DNA of 64,000 bases from an uncultured Planctomycetales bacterium (GTDB taxonomy: Bacteria > Omnitrophota > Gorgyraeia > Gygaellales > Profunditerraquicolaceae): the NCBI GenBank assembly GCA_964645795.1, contig CAZYCL010000006.1, positions 73,939 through 137,938 of the forward strand, given 5' to 3'. Below the pieces are notes generated by a model, which was not told the origin of the DNA, did not search any database, and saw only the letters and a list, made by a program, of their open reading frames with translations. The position numbers and the translations under genes were made by a program. Below are positions 1-7,781 of the stretch, one piece after another. Positions within the stretch are counted from its first letter, which is position 1, and each line of letters opens with the position of its first letter.

Positions 1-274
1 GAAGCTGGGTAATCTTACTTTAGGCAAAAGGCAGGGGCTGGTATTCCTTGGCCGAGACCTTATGGAGGAGCGCAACTACAGCGAGGAGACGGCGCGCCAG
101 ATTGATGAAGAAGTCAAGAAGATCATCGATGAGGCTTATGCGAAAGCCAAGGCCCTTCTTAAGCAGGAATCAGAAAAGCTGAAACTGCTCTCAGCGACGC
201 TCCTGGAAAAGGAAACCCTGGATGGAGAGGAAGTCAAGCGCCTCCTGGGGATAGACAAGAAAGACCTCACCTAA
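1..274 (+). CDS. ftsH: ATP-dependent zinc metalloprotease FtsH, C-terminal fragment (5' end lies outside the window)
   Basis: The translation ...ERNYSEETARQIDEEVKKIIDEAY... matches the conserved FtsH C-terminal helical region. The ORF runs in from the window edge. Confidence 0.75.
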   Translation, partial: KLGNLTLGKRQGLVFLGRDLMEERNYSEETARQIDEEVKKIIDEAYAKAKALLKQESEKLKLLSATLLEKETLDGEEVKRLLGIDKKDLT

Positions 275-287
275 ATAAGTTTGCGGA

Positions 288-1487
288 ATGCGTATATTTC
301 AGGCGCATAACCTTCATGAGATAAAAAGTATCATGAGGCAGATCTCGGTCGATCCTTACGGGGCCGGGATAATGCAGCCTAAGGGTTTGACCTTTTTAGT
401 CAAGCTTAGCGCTCTTTCTAATATTTGCGCCAATATCCTGAAGCAAGAAATGCTTTCTTTGGGCGCGGATGCGGCGGTTGCCAGGGGCGCCCTTACCGGC
501 AAGACCCGGGTTAGCGATTGCCTGCTGATGGGCAATCTTGATCAGCTCAATGACCTGTGCGCCAAACTTAAACGCCAGCCGTTCGGCTTAAGCAAGGTGG
601 CCGAAGACCTCAGCATGGCGCTGCGTCAATACCAGAAGCAGCATTTTCAGCTCTGCCTGGGCAGGCATAAGCTAAGGCTCGGGAGGCGCACGCACCTCAT
701 GGGCATCATTAACGCCACGCCCGATTCATTCAGCGGCGACGGAATTTACGCCAATAATCAGCTTGAGGATGTGGCGGAGTACGTCAGGAGGTTATGCGCG
801 GCAGGGGCGGATATAATCGATGTCGGAGGCGAGTCTTCCAGGCCCGGCGCGCGGGCGGTGACATTGAAGGAGGAGCTGCGCCGCACCATACCCGTGATAA
901 GAATAATAGCCCGTAGCATCAATGTCCCGGTATCCATCGATACTTGCAAGCCGCAGGTGGCCAGGCAGGCGCTGGATAACGGCGCAAGCCTCGTCAATGA
1001 CATAACCGGATTAAGGGATCCCGCGATGGCAAGGGTCATCGCCAGGCATAAAGCGGCAGTTGTCCTGATGCATATGAAGGGCAGGCCGCGCACCATGCAG
1101 AAGTCGCCCAGTTATGCCTCGCTCATCGATGATATAATCGCTTACCTGAAGAATGCCATAGACAAGGCCCTTGATGCCGGCATAAAAGAAGATAAGATAA
1201 TCATCGACCCGGGAATAGGGTTTGGAAAAACCCTGGAGCATAATCTTCAGATAATACAGAGGCTTTCCGATTTCAGGATCCTGGGCAAGCCCATACTTAT
1301 CGGGCCATCGCGAAAATCGTTTATCGGCAAGATCCTCGGTACGCAGGTATCCGACAGGGTGTTTGGGTCGGTGGCCAGTTGCTGCATAGCCGCCAAAAAC
1401 GGAGCTCACATCGTAAGGGTCCACGATATCGGGGATGTAAGGCAGGCTTTGAAAGTAGCAGACAGTATTAACAATAGCATTTCATAG
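288..1487 (+). CDS. folP: Dihydropteroate synthase with a ~130 aa N-terminal extension
   Basis: Pterin-binding DHPS motifs are present (GIINATPDSFSGDG, DIIDVGGESSRPG, NDITG, DPGIGFGKT). ftsH-folP is a common gene order. The N-terminal 130 aa have no recognisable DHPS core. Confidence 0.85.
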   Translation: MRIFQAHNLHEIKSIMRQISVDPYGAGIMQPKGLTFLVKLSALSNICANILKQEMLSLGADAAVARGALTGKTRVSDCLLMGNLDQLNDLCAKLKRQPFGLSKVAEDLSMALRQYQKQHFQLCLGRHKLRLGRRTHLMGIINATPDSFSGDGIYANNQLEDVAEYVRRLCAAGADIIDVGGESSRPGARAVTLKEELRRTIPVIRIIARSINVPVSIDTCKPQVARQALDNGASLVNDITGLRDPAMARVIARHKAAVVLMHMKGRPRTMQKSPSYASLIDDIIAYLKNAIDKALDAGIKEDKIIIDPGIGFGKTLEHNLQIIQRLSDFRILGKPILIGPSRKSFIGKILGTQVSDRVFGSVASCCIAAKNGAHIVRVHDIGDVRQALKVADSINNSIS

Positions 1488-1496
1488 GTTAGGGAC

Positions 1497-2267
1497 ATGC
1501 ATTCGATAAGCACGCTGTTGATCTGGAAACCGATACTCGAAATACTCATCCTTTGGGTCATTATCTACCACATCCTGCTTTTCTTTGAAGGCACGCGGGC
1601 GGTGCAGGTCCTTCGCGGGGTGGTGGTATTGTTGCTGATGTTTTTTTTGTTCCAGGGCCTTAAGCTGCAGGCGCTTGACTGGCTGCTTACCAAGCTTTTT
1701 GGTATCTCGGTCATCGCCATACTTATAATCTTTCACCCGGAGATCCGTCAGGGGCTGGCGCGTCTTGGCCAGCGGCATCTCTTCGCGGCAAGCTTGCGCG
1801 AAGAAGACATGGATTATATGCTTAAGGAGATCGCCAAAGCGATCGAGTGCCTTATCCGCGACAAGATCGGCGCCCTTATCGCAATCGAAAAGAAAGATTC
1901 GCTGGTAGCCTACACTGAAAACGGTATCGCGGTAGATGCCAGGGTCTCTTCGGAGCTGATACAGGCGATATTCACTCCCAATAACCCGTTGCACGACGGA
2001 GGGCTGATCATCCAGCACGGCCGCATCCTGTCAGCCGGCTGCCTGTTCCCGCTGTCCAGCGCCCAGGACATAAGCCGGATATTCGGCACAAGGCACCGGG
2101 CGGCGCTGGGCTTAAGTGAAGAGACCGACGCGGTCATAATTATCGTCTCCGAAGAGAGGAGAGATATGTCGCTGGTCTATCACGGAAGGATGTTCAGGGA
2201 CTTGTCCAAGGATGACCTGGTTTCCAAAGTTAGAGAGCTGCTTAAGAGAGGCAAAGAGTATGGCTAG
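1497..2267 (+). CDS. cdaA: Diadenylate cyclase CdaA (c-di-AMP synthase), N-terminal TM helices plus DAC domain
   Basis: A hydrophobic N-terminus is followed by DisA_N/DAC motifs (DGALII-like LHDGGLIIQ, RHRAALG). It follows folP as in many bacteria. Confidence 0.85.
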   Translation: MHSISTLLIWKPILEILILWVIIYHILLFFEGTRAVQVLRGVVVLLLMFFLFQGLKLQALDWLLTKLFGISVIAILIIFHPEIRQGLARLGQRHLFAASLREEDMDYMLKEIAKAIECLIRDKIGALIAIEKKDSLVAYTENGIAVDARVSSELIQAIFTPNNPLHDGGLIIQHGRILSAGCLFPLSSAQDISRIFGTRHRAALGLSEETDAVIIIVSEERRDMSLVYHGRMFRDLSKDDLVSKVRELLKRGKEYG

Positions 2268-2394
2268 GAAGATCAGTATTTTTTACAGGCTCAAACACGT
2301 CTTTACATACCATCCGTGGTTAAAGATCATATCCCTGGTCCTGGCCGTCATAGTGTGGTTCTACGTAAAAGGCAAGATCAGCGGCACCCCCTGA
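2260..2394 (+). CDS. Small membrane protein, possibly a truncated CdaR/YbbR-like remnant
   Basis: A 44-aa ORF with one TM helix that overlaps the cdaA stop and ends in a TGATG overlap with pdxJ. There is no homology support beyond position and hydrophobicity. Confidence 0.25.
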   Translation: MARKISIFYRLKHVFTYHPWLKIISLVLAVIVWFYVKGKISGTP

Positions 2395-3104
2395 TGAAAT
2401 TAGGCGTAAATATCGACCATGTGGCAACCGTAAGAGAGGCCAGGCGCGGGATAGAGCCGAGTCCGCTGCTGGCGGCCCTGTTGTGCGAAGCCGCGGGCGC
2501 CGACAGTATCGTCGCTCATCTGCGGGAAGACCGCAGGCATATAAAAGATGGCGACGTAGAGCTCTTGCGAAAGCTGGTGCGGACAAGGTTCAACCTGGAG
2601 ATGTCCTGCGCCAAAAAGATAGTAGATATAGCCTGCCGGATAAAGCCGGACCAGGCGACGCTTGTCCCGGAAAAAAGACAGGAGCTGACTACCGAAGGCG
2701 GGCTGGATGTTGCGGCAGGCCGTCAAAGGGTGAGGTCGGTGCTGCACAGGCTTAACGGCGAGGGCATCGAGGTCAGTCTTTTTATCGATCCGGTTAAAAA
2801 GCAGATCGACGCCGCCAGGGACATCGGCGCTTCCTGCGTTGAAATACATACGGGCGGTTACGCCGATGCCCGGACAAACTCCGAGTTGAAAAAAAGATTT
2901 GAAGAAATAAGGCAGGCGGCCATTTACGCGAAAAAGAATGGGCTGAAGGTATTCGCCGGCCACGGCCTTAATTACCATAACTGCAGAAAGATCTGCAGTA
3001 TTCAGGGGATCGAGGAGCTCAATATCGGCCACTCCATAATCTCGCGCGCGGTCATGGTCGGCCTGACTCAGGCAGTCAAAGAAATGAAGGAGATCATCGG
3101 GTAG
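2394..3104 (+). CDS. pdxJ: Pyridoxine 5'-phosphate synthase
   Basis: The N-terminus MKLGVNIDHVATVREARRG and the conserved HLREDRRHI segment are PdxJ signatures. It lies in the pdxJ-acpS arrangement. Confidence 0.85.
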   Translation: MKLGVNIDHVATVREARRGIEPSPLLAALLCEAAGADSIVAHLREDRRHIKDGDVELLRKLVRTRFNLEMSCAKKIVDIACRIKPDQATLVPEKRQELTTEGGLDVAAGRQRVRSVLHRLNGEGIEVSLFIDPVKKQIDAARDIGASCVEIHTGGYADARTNSELKKRFEEIRQAAIYAKKNGLKVFAGHGLNYHNCRKICSIQGIEELNIGHSIISRAVMVGLTQAVKEMKEIIG

Positions 3105-3190
3105 CGGGTCCTGCCTCGGCTTTTTTCTTCGCCGCTATGACGCGGCTCGGAAATCAAGCCGAGTCACCCGCGATCCGCAGAATTGTTGCA

Positions 3191-3556
3191 ATGATAGTAG
3201 GTACGGGCGTCGACATAACGGAAGTAAACAGGCTGCGCAAAGCGGTGGAGAGGTGGGGAGATTCCTTTCTCGGCCGCATCTTTACCGATAGCGAGATAAA
3301 TAACGCCAAAAAGAGGGTCAGTTTTTACCAGCACCTGGCCGGCAGATTTGCCGCAAAAGAGGCGATATTCAAGGCCGTGGGGGACAAGGACCTGGGGTGG
3401 AAAGACCTTGAGATATTAAACGACCCCCAGGGCAAGCCCTATTGCGTATTCCTCGGAAAGCGTTTTAAGAAAATGGATGTCCATGTTTCGATCTCGCATG
3501 TAAAAAATTATGCGGTTGCCAACGCGTTTGTCACAAAGAAAAGCCGCCTCTCATAA
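3191..3556 (+). CDS. acpS: Holo-[acyl-carrier-protein] synthase (4'-phosphopantetheinyl transferase)
   Basis: MIVGTGVDITEV...FAAKEAIFKA is the AcpS motif set. The internal ATG at 3191 gives the canonical N-terminus; an upstream ATG at 3137 is an alternative start. Confidence 0.8.
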   Translation: MIVGTGVDITEVNRLRKAVERWGDSFLGRIFTDSEINNAKKRVSFYQHLAGRFAAKEAIFKAVGDKDLGWKDLEILNDPQGKPYCVFLGKRFKKMDVHVSISHVKNYAVANAFVTKKSRLS

Positions 3557-4352
3557 AGGCGATTTCGGCCATGTATTTATCGTTGCCGGTTCTTTGAAAT
3601 ATTCTGGAGCAGCCCAGTTATGCGCCGAAGCTGCTCTGCGCAGCGGCGCTGGCCTGGTGACGCTGGGGGTCCCGAAAGCCATAGCCGCAGCCATGATAAA
3701 GACCAAGCCTAAAGAGCTGATGCTCCTGCCGCTGGCCCAGACTAAAGATTGCGCGCTTTCCCTGTTTGCGTTTAAGGGTATCGCGGATTTCAGCAGGAGG
3801 GCCGATGTTTTATTGATCGGCCCGGGATTGGGAGCAGAAGCCTCTACTCGCTCATTGGCGCGTAAGGTCGTATCCGGGATAGCGCTGCCCATGGTCATCG
3901 ATGCCGATGCGCTCAATGCATTTGCCGGCCAGGCGGGAAAATTACCCGGGAATTCCGTGCTTACTCCTCATCCGGGAGAAATGGCCAGGCTCCTGGGTTT
4001 AAAGGCGCAGAAGATCCAGGCTGACAGGAAGAAGTACGCTAAGGCCCTAAGCAGGCAGAGCGGCTGCGTCGTCATATTAAAAGGCCACAGGAGCATCGTT
4101 GCCTATAGGGATAAATTATACGAGAACAAGACCGGTAACCCCGGCATGGCTACAGGAGGCAGCGGTGACGTGCTTAGCGGCATTATCGGTGCGTTCATCG
4201 GGCAGGGGTTAAGTTTGTTTGATGCGGCCAAGTACGCGGTTTATCTGCATGGCTTGGCCGGTGATTTGGCCGCCAAAGATAAGTCGGAAATTTCCTTGAT
4301 TGCATCGGATATTATTGATAAAATTCCACAGGCGATTAAGCGTTGTTCTTAG
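3510..4352 (+). CDS. nnrD: ADP-dependent NAD(P)H-hydrate dehydratase (YjeF C-terminal domain)
   Basis: HKGDFGHVFIVAGS and GGSGDVLSG are carbohydrate-kinase-like YjeF_C motifs. It overlaps the acpS end in another frame. Confidence 0.8.
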   Translation: MRLPTRLSQRKAASHKGDFGHVFIVAGSLKYSGAAQLCAEAALRSGAGLVTLGVPKAIAAAMIKTKPKELMLLPLAQTKDCALSLFAFKGIADFSRRADVLLIGPGLGAEASTRSLARKVVSGIALPMVIDADALNAFAGQAGKLPGNSVLTPHPGEMARLLGLKAQKIQADRKKYAKALSRQSGCVVILKGHRSIVAYRDKLYENKTGNPGMATGGSGDVLSGIIGAFIGQGLSLFDAAKYAVYLHGLAGDLAAKDKSEISLIASDIIDKIPQAIKRCS

Positions 4353-4361
4353 GCGGATTTT

Positions 4362-4434
4362 GCCGATGTAGCTCAGCTGGTAGAGCAATTGTTTTGTAAA
4401 CAATGGGTCGGGGGTTCGATTCCCTCCATCGGCT
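4362..4434 (+). tRNA. tRNA-Thr (anticodon TGT)
   Basis: A manual cloverleaf fold: acceptor GCCGATG/CATCGGC, D-arm GCTCAGCTGGTAGAGC, anticodon loop TTTGTAA, T-arm GGGGGTTCGATTCCCTC. No CCA is encoded. Confidence 0.8.
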
Positions 4435-4479
4435 TTAATCGGATATGGTATGAACACCCGACCCGAAAGGGGTGCGGCA

Positions 4480-4510
4480 GGCACCTTGCCTTATCGGATA
4501 GGCAAGTGCC
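4480..4510. repeat. GGCACCTTGCC-TTATCGGATA-GGCAAGTGCC hairpin (family H), copy 1
   Basis: Read directly from the sequence. Confidence 0.6.
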
Positions 4511-4518
4511 CCGTTTTC

Positions 4519-4546
4519 TGCGGGGGAAGAATTTCCCCGCGGTTTT
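4519..4546 (+). terminator. GC-rich hairpin (CGGGGGAAGAATTTCCCCGCG) followed by GTTTTGG, a likely intrinsic terminator after tRNA-Thr
   Basis: Seen directly: a stem-loop followed by a T-run. Confidence 0.4.
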
Positions 4547-4612
4547 GGAATGACAGCGACGAACGCATTTTGTGTTGATCAAGCTTTTGGATAGATAAAA
4601 TTTTAATTAATT

Positions 4613-4695
4613 GGGTAGGTACCCAAGTGGCCAAAGGGGGCAGACTGTAAATCTGCTGCACTAGTGCTTCAGAGGTTCGAATCCTCTCCTGCCCA
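4613..4695 (+). tRNA. tRNA-Tyr (anticodon GTA) with a long variable arm
   Basis: Acceptor GGGTAGG/CCTGCCC, anticodon stem-loop CAGACTGTAAATCTG, long variable arm, T-arm AGGTTCGAATCCT. Confidence 0.85.
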
Positions 4696-4756
4696 TTTAA
4701 ATTTTACGACAAGGTTTTGCGCGGGTGCGCAGTATATAGAGGCACCCAAACTTATC

Positions 4757-4787
4757 GGCACCTTGCCCAAAATGACGGGCAAGTGTC
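4757..4787. repeat. GGCACCTTGCC-CAAAATGAC-GGGCAAGTG hairpin (family H), copy 2, preceded by CTTATCGG
   Basis: Read directly from the sequence. Confidence 0.6.
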
Positions 4788-4869
4788 TACCTTCTGGTAG
4801 AACGGATTGGTGCCGCGCCTGGTAAATTAGGCACCCAAATAGATGGCGGTTTGCACGCTGTTGTATTTT

Positions 4870-4918
4870 GCGCACCTGGCGCTAATAGGTATTGCGCCAG
4901 TGCGCGCTAGGTAGCGCG
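4870..4918 (+). repeat. 46-nt tRNA-5'-associated element (family U), copy 1: GCGCACCTGGCGCTAATAGGTATTGCGCCAGTGCGCGCTAGGTAGCGCG
   Basis: It is ~96% identical to 7572-7620, which abuts tRNA-Pro. Here it sits inside a duplicated tRNA-Gly leader/5' end and is flanked by GCG on each side. Confidence 0.7.
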
Positions 4919-5022
4919 GGAGTAGTTTCCCGTTCAGCTATAAGATATCGGACGGGATCCCGCCGTCTGAATTTAAGATGGTGCGGCGGGACAGTGGTAG
5001 AACAATAGCCTTCTCCCGCCGC
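4915..5022 (+). pseudogene. Degenerate tRNA-Gly-derived fragments: the 5' acceptor GCGGGAGTAGTT, then a minihelix GCGGCGGGA-CAGTGGTAGAACAATAGCCTT-CTCCCGCCGC
   Basis: Identical 21-nt D-arm/anticodon-stem segments (CAGTGGTAGAACAATAGCCTT) occur here and in the intact tRNA-Gly at 5094. The fragment has no T-arm and cannot fold into a complete tRNA. Confidence 0.45.
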
Positions 5023-5093
5023 TGCAATTGAGATTCAGGCGGGACTTCGCCGCCAGTGATTGATAGATGGCGGCTCGCAAGCTTTTCTATTTT

Positions 5094-5167
5094 GCGGGAG
5101 TAGTTCAGTGGTAGAACAATAGCCTTCCAAGCTATATATGAGGGTTCGATTCCCTTCTCCCGCTCCA
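5094..5167 (+). tRNA. tRNA-Gly (anticodon TCC), CCA encoded
   Basis: Acceptor GCGGGAG/CTCCCGC, D-arm GTTCAGTGGTAGAAC, anticodon loop CTTCCAA, T-arm GAGGGTTCGATTCCCTT, 3' TCCA. Confidence 0.85.
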
Positions 5168-5335
5168 GATTTTTCGTAGCAGGCGGGAGACCGAATTTCC
5201 TTTTAAAGTTCCAGACGCAGGAGGCGGCTGGTCCTGTGCGCTTTATGCACAGGACGATTCCCTTCTCCCGCTCCAGATTTTTCGTAGCAGGCGGGAGACT
5301 GAATTTCCTTTTAAAGTTCCAGACGCAGGAGGCGG
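5148..5335 (+). repeat. 80-nt direct repeat (5148-5227 and 5256-5335, one mismatch) made of the last 20 nt of tRNA-Gly plus 60 nt downstream; the copies are separated by a 28-nt spacer with a 9-bp hairpin (GTCCTGTGC...GCACAGGAC)
   Basis: Read directly from the sequence. Confidence 0.8.
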
Positions 5336-5351
5336 AGAAAGAAAGATTATC

Positions 5352-6104
5352 ATGCCCGAACGCCAATTCCTAGAGCCGGTACATATCGATGCCTTTGACC
5401 TGGATGACGCCTGGTTCCAGTGCTTGTCGCGCATACTCGACCATGGTCACGTCTATACGATAACCCGCGGCAGCTATGAAGGGCAGAAGAGGCTGGAGTT
5501 CGATTTTGTTACCATAAGGGTCAAAAAGCCTTCGCATCAGATCATCCCGATAATCCCGGAGGGGATGAGCATACCCGCGCCTACGGACATGGACTATATC
5601 CAGGGATACCTTAGCTACCTGCTTACGGGTGCCAAGACCGAGACCGAGGACTATACTTACGGAGAGCGCCTGGTTGATCCCAAGGTGCGGCTCAGAGAGA
5701 AAGTCGACGGAAAGGAGATGGCCAGGGAAATACCTCTTCAGGTCAACCAGATCGAAGAGGTGATCAGGATGTATAAAGACAAGGGCCACGGCACCAACCA
5801 GGCGACGATGGAGATAGGCATGCCATCCGATATAACGCTGGTAGATCCGCCGTGCCTGCGCATAATCGATACGCGCATACGTTACGGCAAGCTCAATTTC
5901 ATATTATATTTCCGCTCCTGGGATCTATGGGGAGGTTTTCCTTCTAACCTCGGAGGGCTGCAGTTGGTAAAGCAGTATATGGCCGAAGAGATCGGCGTCG
6001 AAGACGGAGAGATAATCGCGGCAAGCAAGGGCCTGCATCTTTATGATTACGCCTGGGATCTTGCCAAGATGAGGACAAATAAGACAAGTTTGGAGATAGC
6101 TTGA
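5352..6104 (+). CDS. Thymidylate synthase family protein (compact, archaeal-type ThyA-like)
   Basis: It aligns by eye to the ThyA catalytic core: DPPC (catalytic Cys), YFRSWDLW (the RSxD motif), FPSN (the Asn that specifies dUMP), and HLYDY. It is 250 aa and divergent at the N-terminus. Confidence 0.6.
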   Translation: MPERQFLEPVHIDAFDLDDAWFQCLSRILDHGHVYTITRGSYEGQKRLEFDFVTIRVKKPSHQIIPIIPEGMSIPAPTDMDYIQGYLSYLLTGAKTETEDYTYGERLVDPKVRLREKVDGKEMAREIPLQVNQIEEVIRMYKDKGHGTNQATMEIGMPSDITLVDPPCLRIIDTRIRYGKLNFILYFRSWDLWGGFPSNLGGLQLVKQYMAEEIGVEDGEIIAASKGLHLYDYAWDLAKMRTNKTSLEIA

Positions 6105-6105
6105 T

Positions 6106-6516
6106 ATGAGCGAAAACTTTTCTCGGGAACGCAGGGAGTTTGTGAGGATTGAGTATGATTCGCCTCTGTCTTTCAAAGTCTGCAAGAGCGAGACGATAAA
6201 AAAGATCCTGCAGGGTTATATTTCCAACATAAGCCAATCCGGCATACTTTGCAGTATCCGGGAAAAGGTAAGTGAGAACGATATCCTTTGGCTTTCTTTT
6301 GACCGGCAGGCGCTCAACATCTGTTCGGAGCTGGAAAAGAGAGCCCTGATATACCAGAACGGAGTTATCGGCAAGGTGGTAAGGGTAGAGGCTACGGGCG
6401 GCGGGATGTACGACCTGGGCATAAGGTTTGTTACCCGGGAGGAAGAGAGCTCAACTCATATATATCCTCCTATTAAATTTGGCGCGGATGTGGATTATGA
6501 TGACGGACAAGCTTGA
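6106..6516 (+). CDS. PilZ domain protein (c-di-GMP receptor)
   Basis: RERREFVR supplies the RxxxR motif and NISQSG the D/NxSxxG motif. Confidence 0.7.
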   Translation: MSENFSRERREFVRIEYDSPLSFKVCKSETIKKILQGYISNISQSGILCSIREKVSENDILWLSFDRQALNICSELEKRALIYQNGVIGKVVRVEATGGGMYDLGIRFVTREEESSTHIYPPIKFGADVDYDDGQA

Positions 6517-7504
6517 TATAGCGGTTTTGGGGGACGGAGGCTGGGGAACTACGCTGGCGCTGCTTCTGTCCGGCAAAGGACATAGCGTCAGCCTTTGGAG
6601 CGCCTTCAAGGATTACGCGGCATACCTCAATAAAAAAAGGGTCAATAAGACTTATCTGCCGCAGGTCAAGATCCCTGCGGACGTACATATAACCGCTAAC
6701 CTTGGTGCCGCGCTTAAGAATAAAAGACTGGTGGTCCTGGCTATACCTTCGGAGCACCTGCGTAAGATACTCGGCAGGATAAAGAAGCAGGGTTTTCTTC
6801 AGGAGGCCGTCTTCATCAGCGTGGTAAAAGGAATAGAGATCGGCACGCTTAAGCGGATGTCGCAGGTAATACATGAGGTGCTGGGAGATGTCAAGCTTGC
6901 GGTCCTTTCCGGCCCGACCATAGCCCAGGAAGTGGCAAGAGGCATCCCTACGGCAGCGGTAGTTACCTCTCAGGATATGCACATCCGCAAGTTCCTGCAG
7001 TCGGTGTTCATGACAGAAAAGTTCCGCGTTTATACTAATTATGATATAATTGGGGTTGAGCTTGGCGGCAGCCTTAAAAATATAATCGCCATCGCCTGCG
7101 GCATATCCGACGGGCTGGGATTCGGCACTAACGCGAAAGCCGCCATACTTTCGCGAGGGCTGGCAGAGATATCAAGGCTGGGCTCGGTGATGGGGGCGAA
7201 TCCGGCGACCTTCAGCGGCATAAGCGGACTGGGGGACCTCGTCACTACCTGCATCAGCCCTTACAGCCGCAACCGTTTTGTAGGCGAGCAGATAGGCAAG
7301 GGCAAATCGCTTAAAGATGTCGTCAGGCATATGCGCATGGTTGCCGAGGGAGTGCCTACTGCAAAATCCGCGTATGCCTTAAGCATAAAGTATAAGGTAG
7401 ATATGCCGATAACCGCGCAGGTCTACCAGGTTTTATATAAAAACAAACAGCCTTTAAATGCCGTGCGCGACCTGATGCTGCGCGAAGGCAAAGAAGAGAT
7501 ATAG
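6497..7504 (+). CDS. gpsA: Glycerol-3-phosphate dehydrogenase [NAD(P)+]
   Basis: DIAVLGDGGWGTTLA is a Rossmann motif, and the C-terminal GpsA motifs (GLAEISRLG, NRFVGEQIGKG) are present. The start was taken at the internal ATG that gives the canonical N-terminus. Confidence 0.85.
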   Translation: MMTDKLDIAVLGDGGWGTTLALLLSGKGHSVSLWSAFKDYAAYLNKKRVNKTYLPQVKIPADVHITANLGAALKNKRLVVLAIPSEHLRKILGRIKKQGFLQEAVFISVVKGIEIGTLKRMSQVIHEVLGDVKLAVLSGPTIAQEVARGIPTAAVVTSQDMHIRKFLQSVFMTEKFRVYTNYDIIGVELGGSLKNIIAIACGISDGLGFGTNAKAAILSRGLAEISRLGSVMGANPATFSGISGLGDLVTTCISPYSRNRFVGEQIGKGKSLKDVVRHMRMVAEGVPTAKSAYALSIKYKVDMPITAQVYQVLYKNKQPLNAVRDLMLREGKEEI

Positions 7505-7571
7505 AAGCAAATGGAATAAGTTTTCGCGCAATGACGGGGGCACCTTTGCCGAAAATACAGAGTGAATCTAT

Positions 7572-7620
7572 GCGCACCTGGCGCTGATAGGTATTGCGCC
7601 AGTGCGCGCTAGGTAGCGCG
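7572..7620 (+). repeat. Family U element, copy 2, ending at nt +2 of tRNA-Pro
   Basis: Read directly from the sequence. Confidence 0.7.
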
Positions 7621-7693
7621 GGGGATGGCTCAGCTTGGCTAGAGCGCTTGAATGGGGTTCAAGAGGTCGAGAGTTCAAATCTCTCTCCCCCGA
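7619..7693 (+). tRNA. tRNA-Pro (anticodon GGG), with a C1-G72 pair
   Basis: Acceptor CGGGGGA/TCCCCCG, D-arm GCTCAGCTTGGCTAGAGC, anticodon stem-loop CTTGAATGGGGTTCAAG, T-arm GAGAGTTCAAATCTCTC, discriminator A. Confidence 0.75.
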
Positions 7694-7781
7694 TATGTTT
7701 TTATAAGCACCAAATCCAACATGCCGTTGATTGGACTAAATTTGATTTGTCTGTTCCATAACCAACGAAAGGAGTAGGCAA

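Noticed and set aside
2212-2394. Full-length CdaR (YbbR) regulator downstream of cdaA
   Set aside because: Only a 44-60-aa ORF fits before pdxJ, and CdaR proteins are several hundred aa. At most a remnant, so it was kept as a low-confidence small ORF.
2400-3032. 210-aa minus-strand ORF antisense to pdxJ, and the Arg-rich 90-aa ORF at 2483-2755
   Set aside because: Both lie entirely within pdxJ, which has strong motif support. Spurious.
4741-4835. Possible additional tRNA between tRNA-Tyr and tRNA-Gly (contains GGTAGAAC and hairpins)
   Set aside because: It has no T-loop (GTTCRANYC) or consistent cloverleaf. It contains a family-H hairpin instead. Treated as non-tRNA repeat sequence.
4696-5351. 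Integrated mobile element or genomic island at tRNA-Gly
   Set aside because: No integrase, transposase or cargo genes. The duplicated segments are under 110 nt. Reported as a recombination scar or tandem duplication, not as a mobile element.
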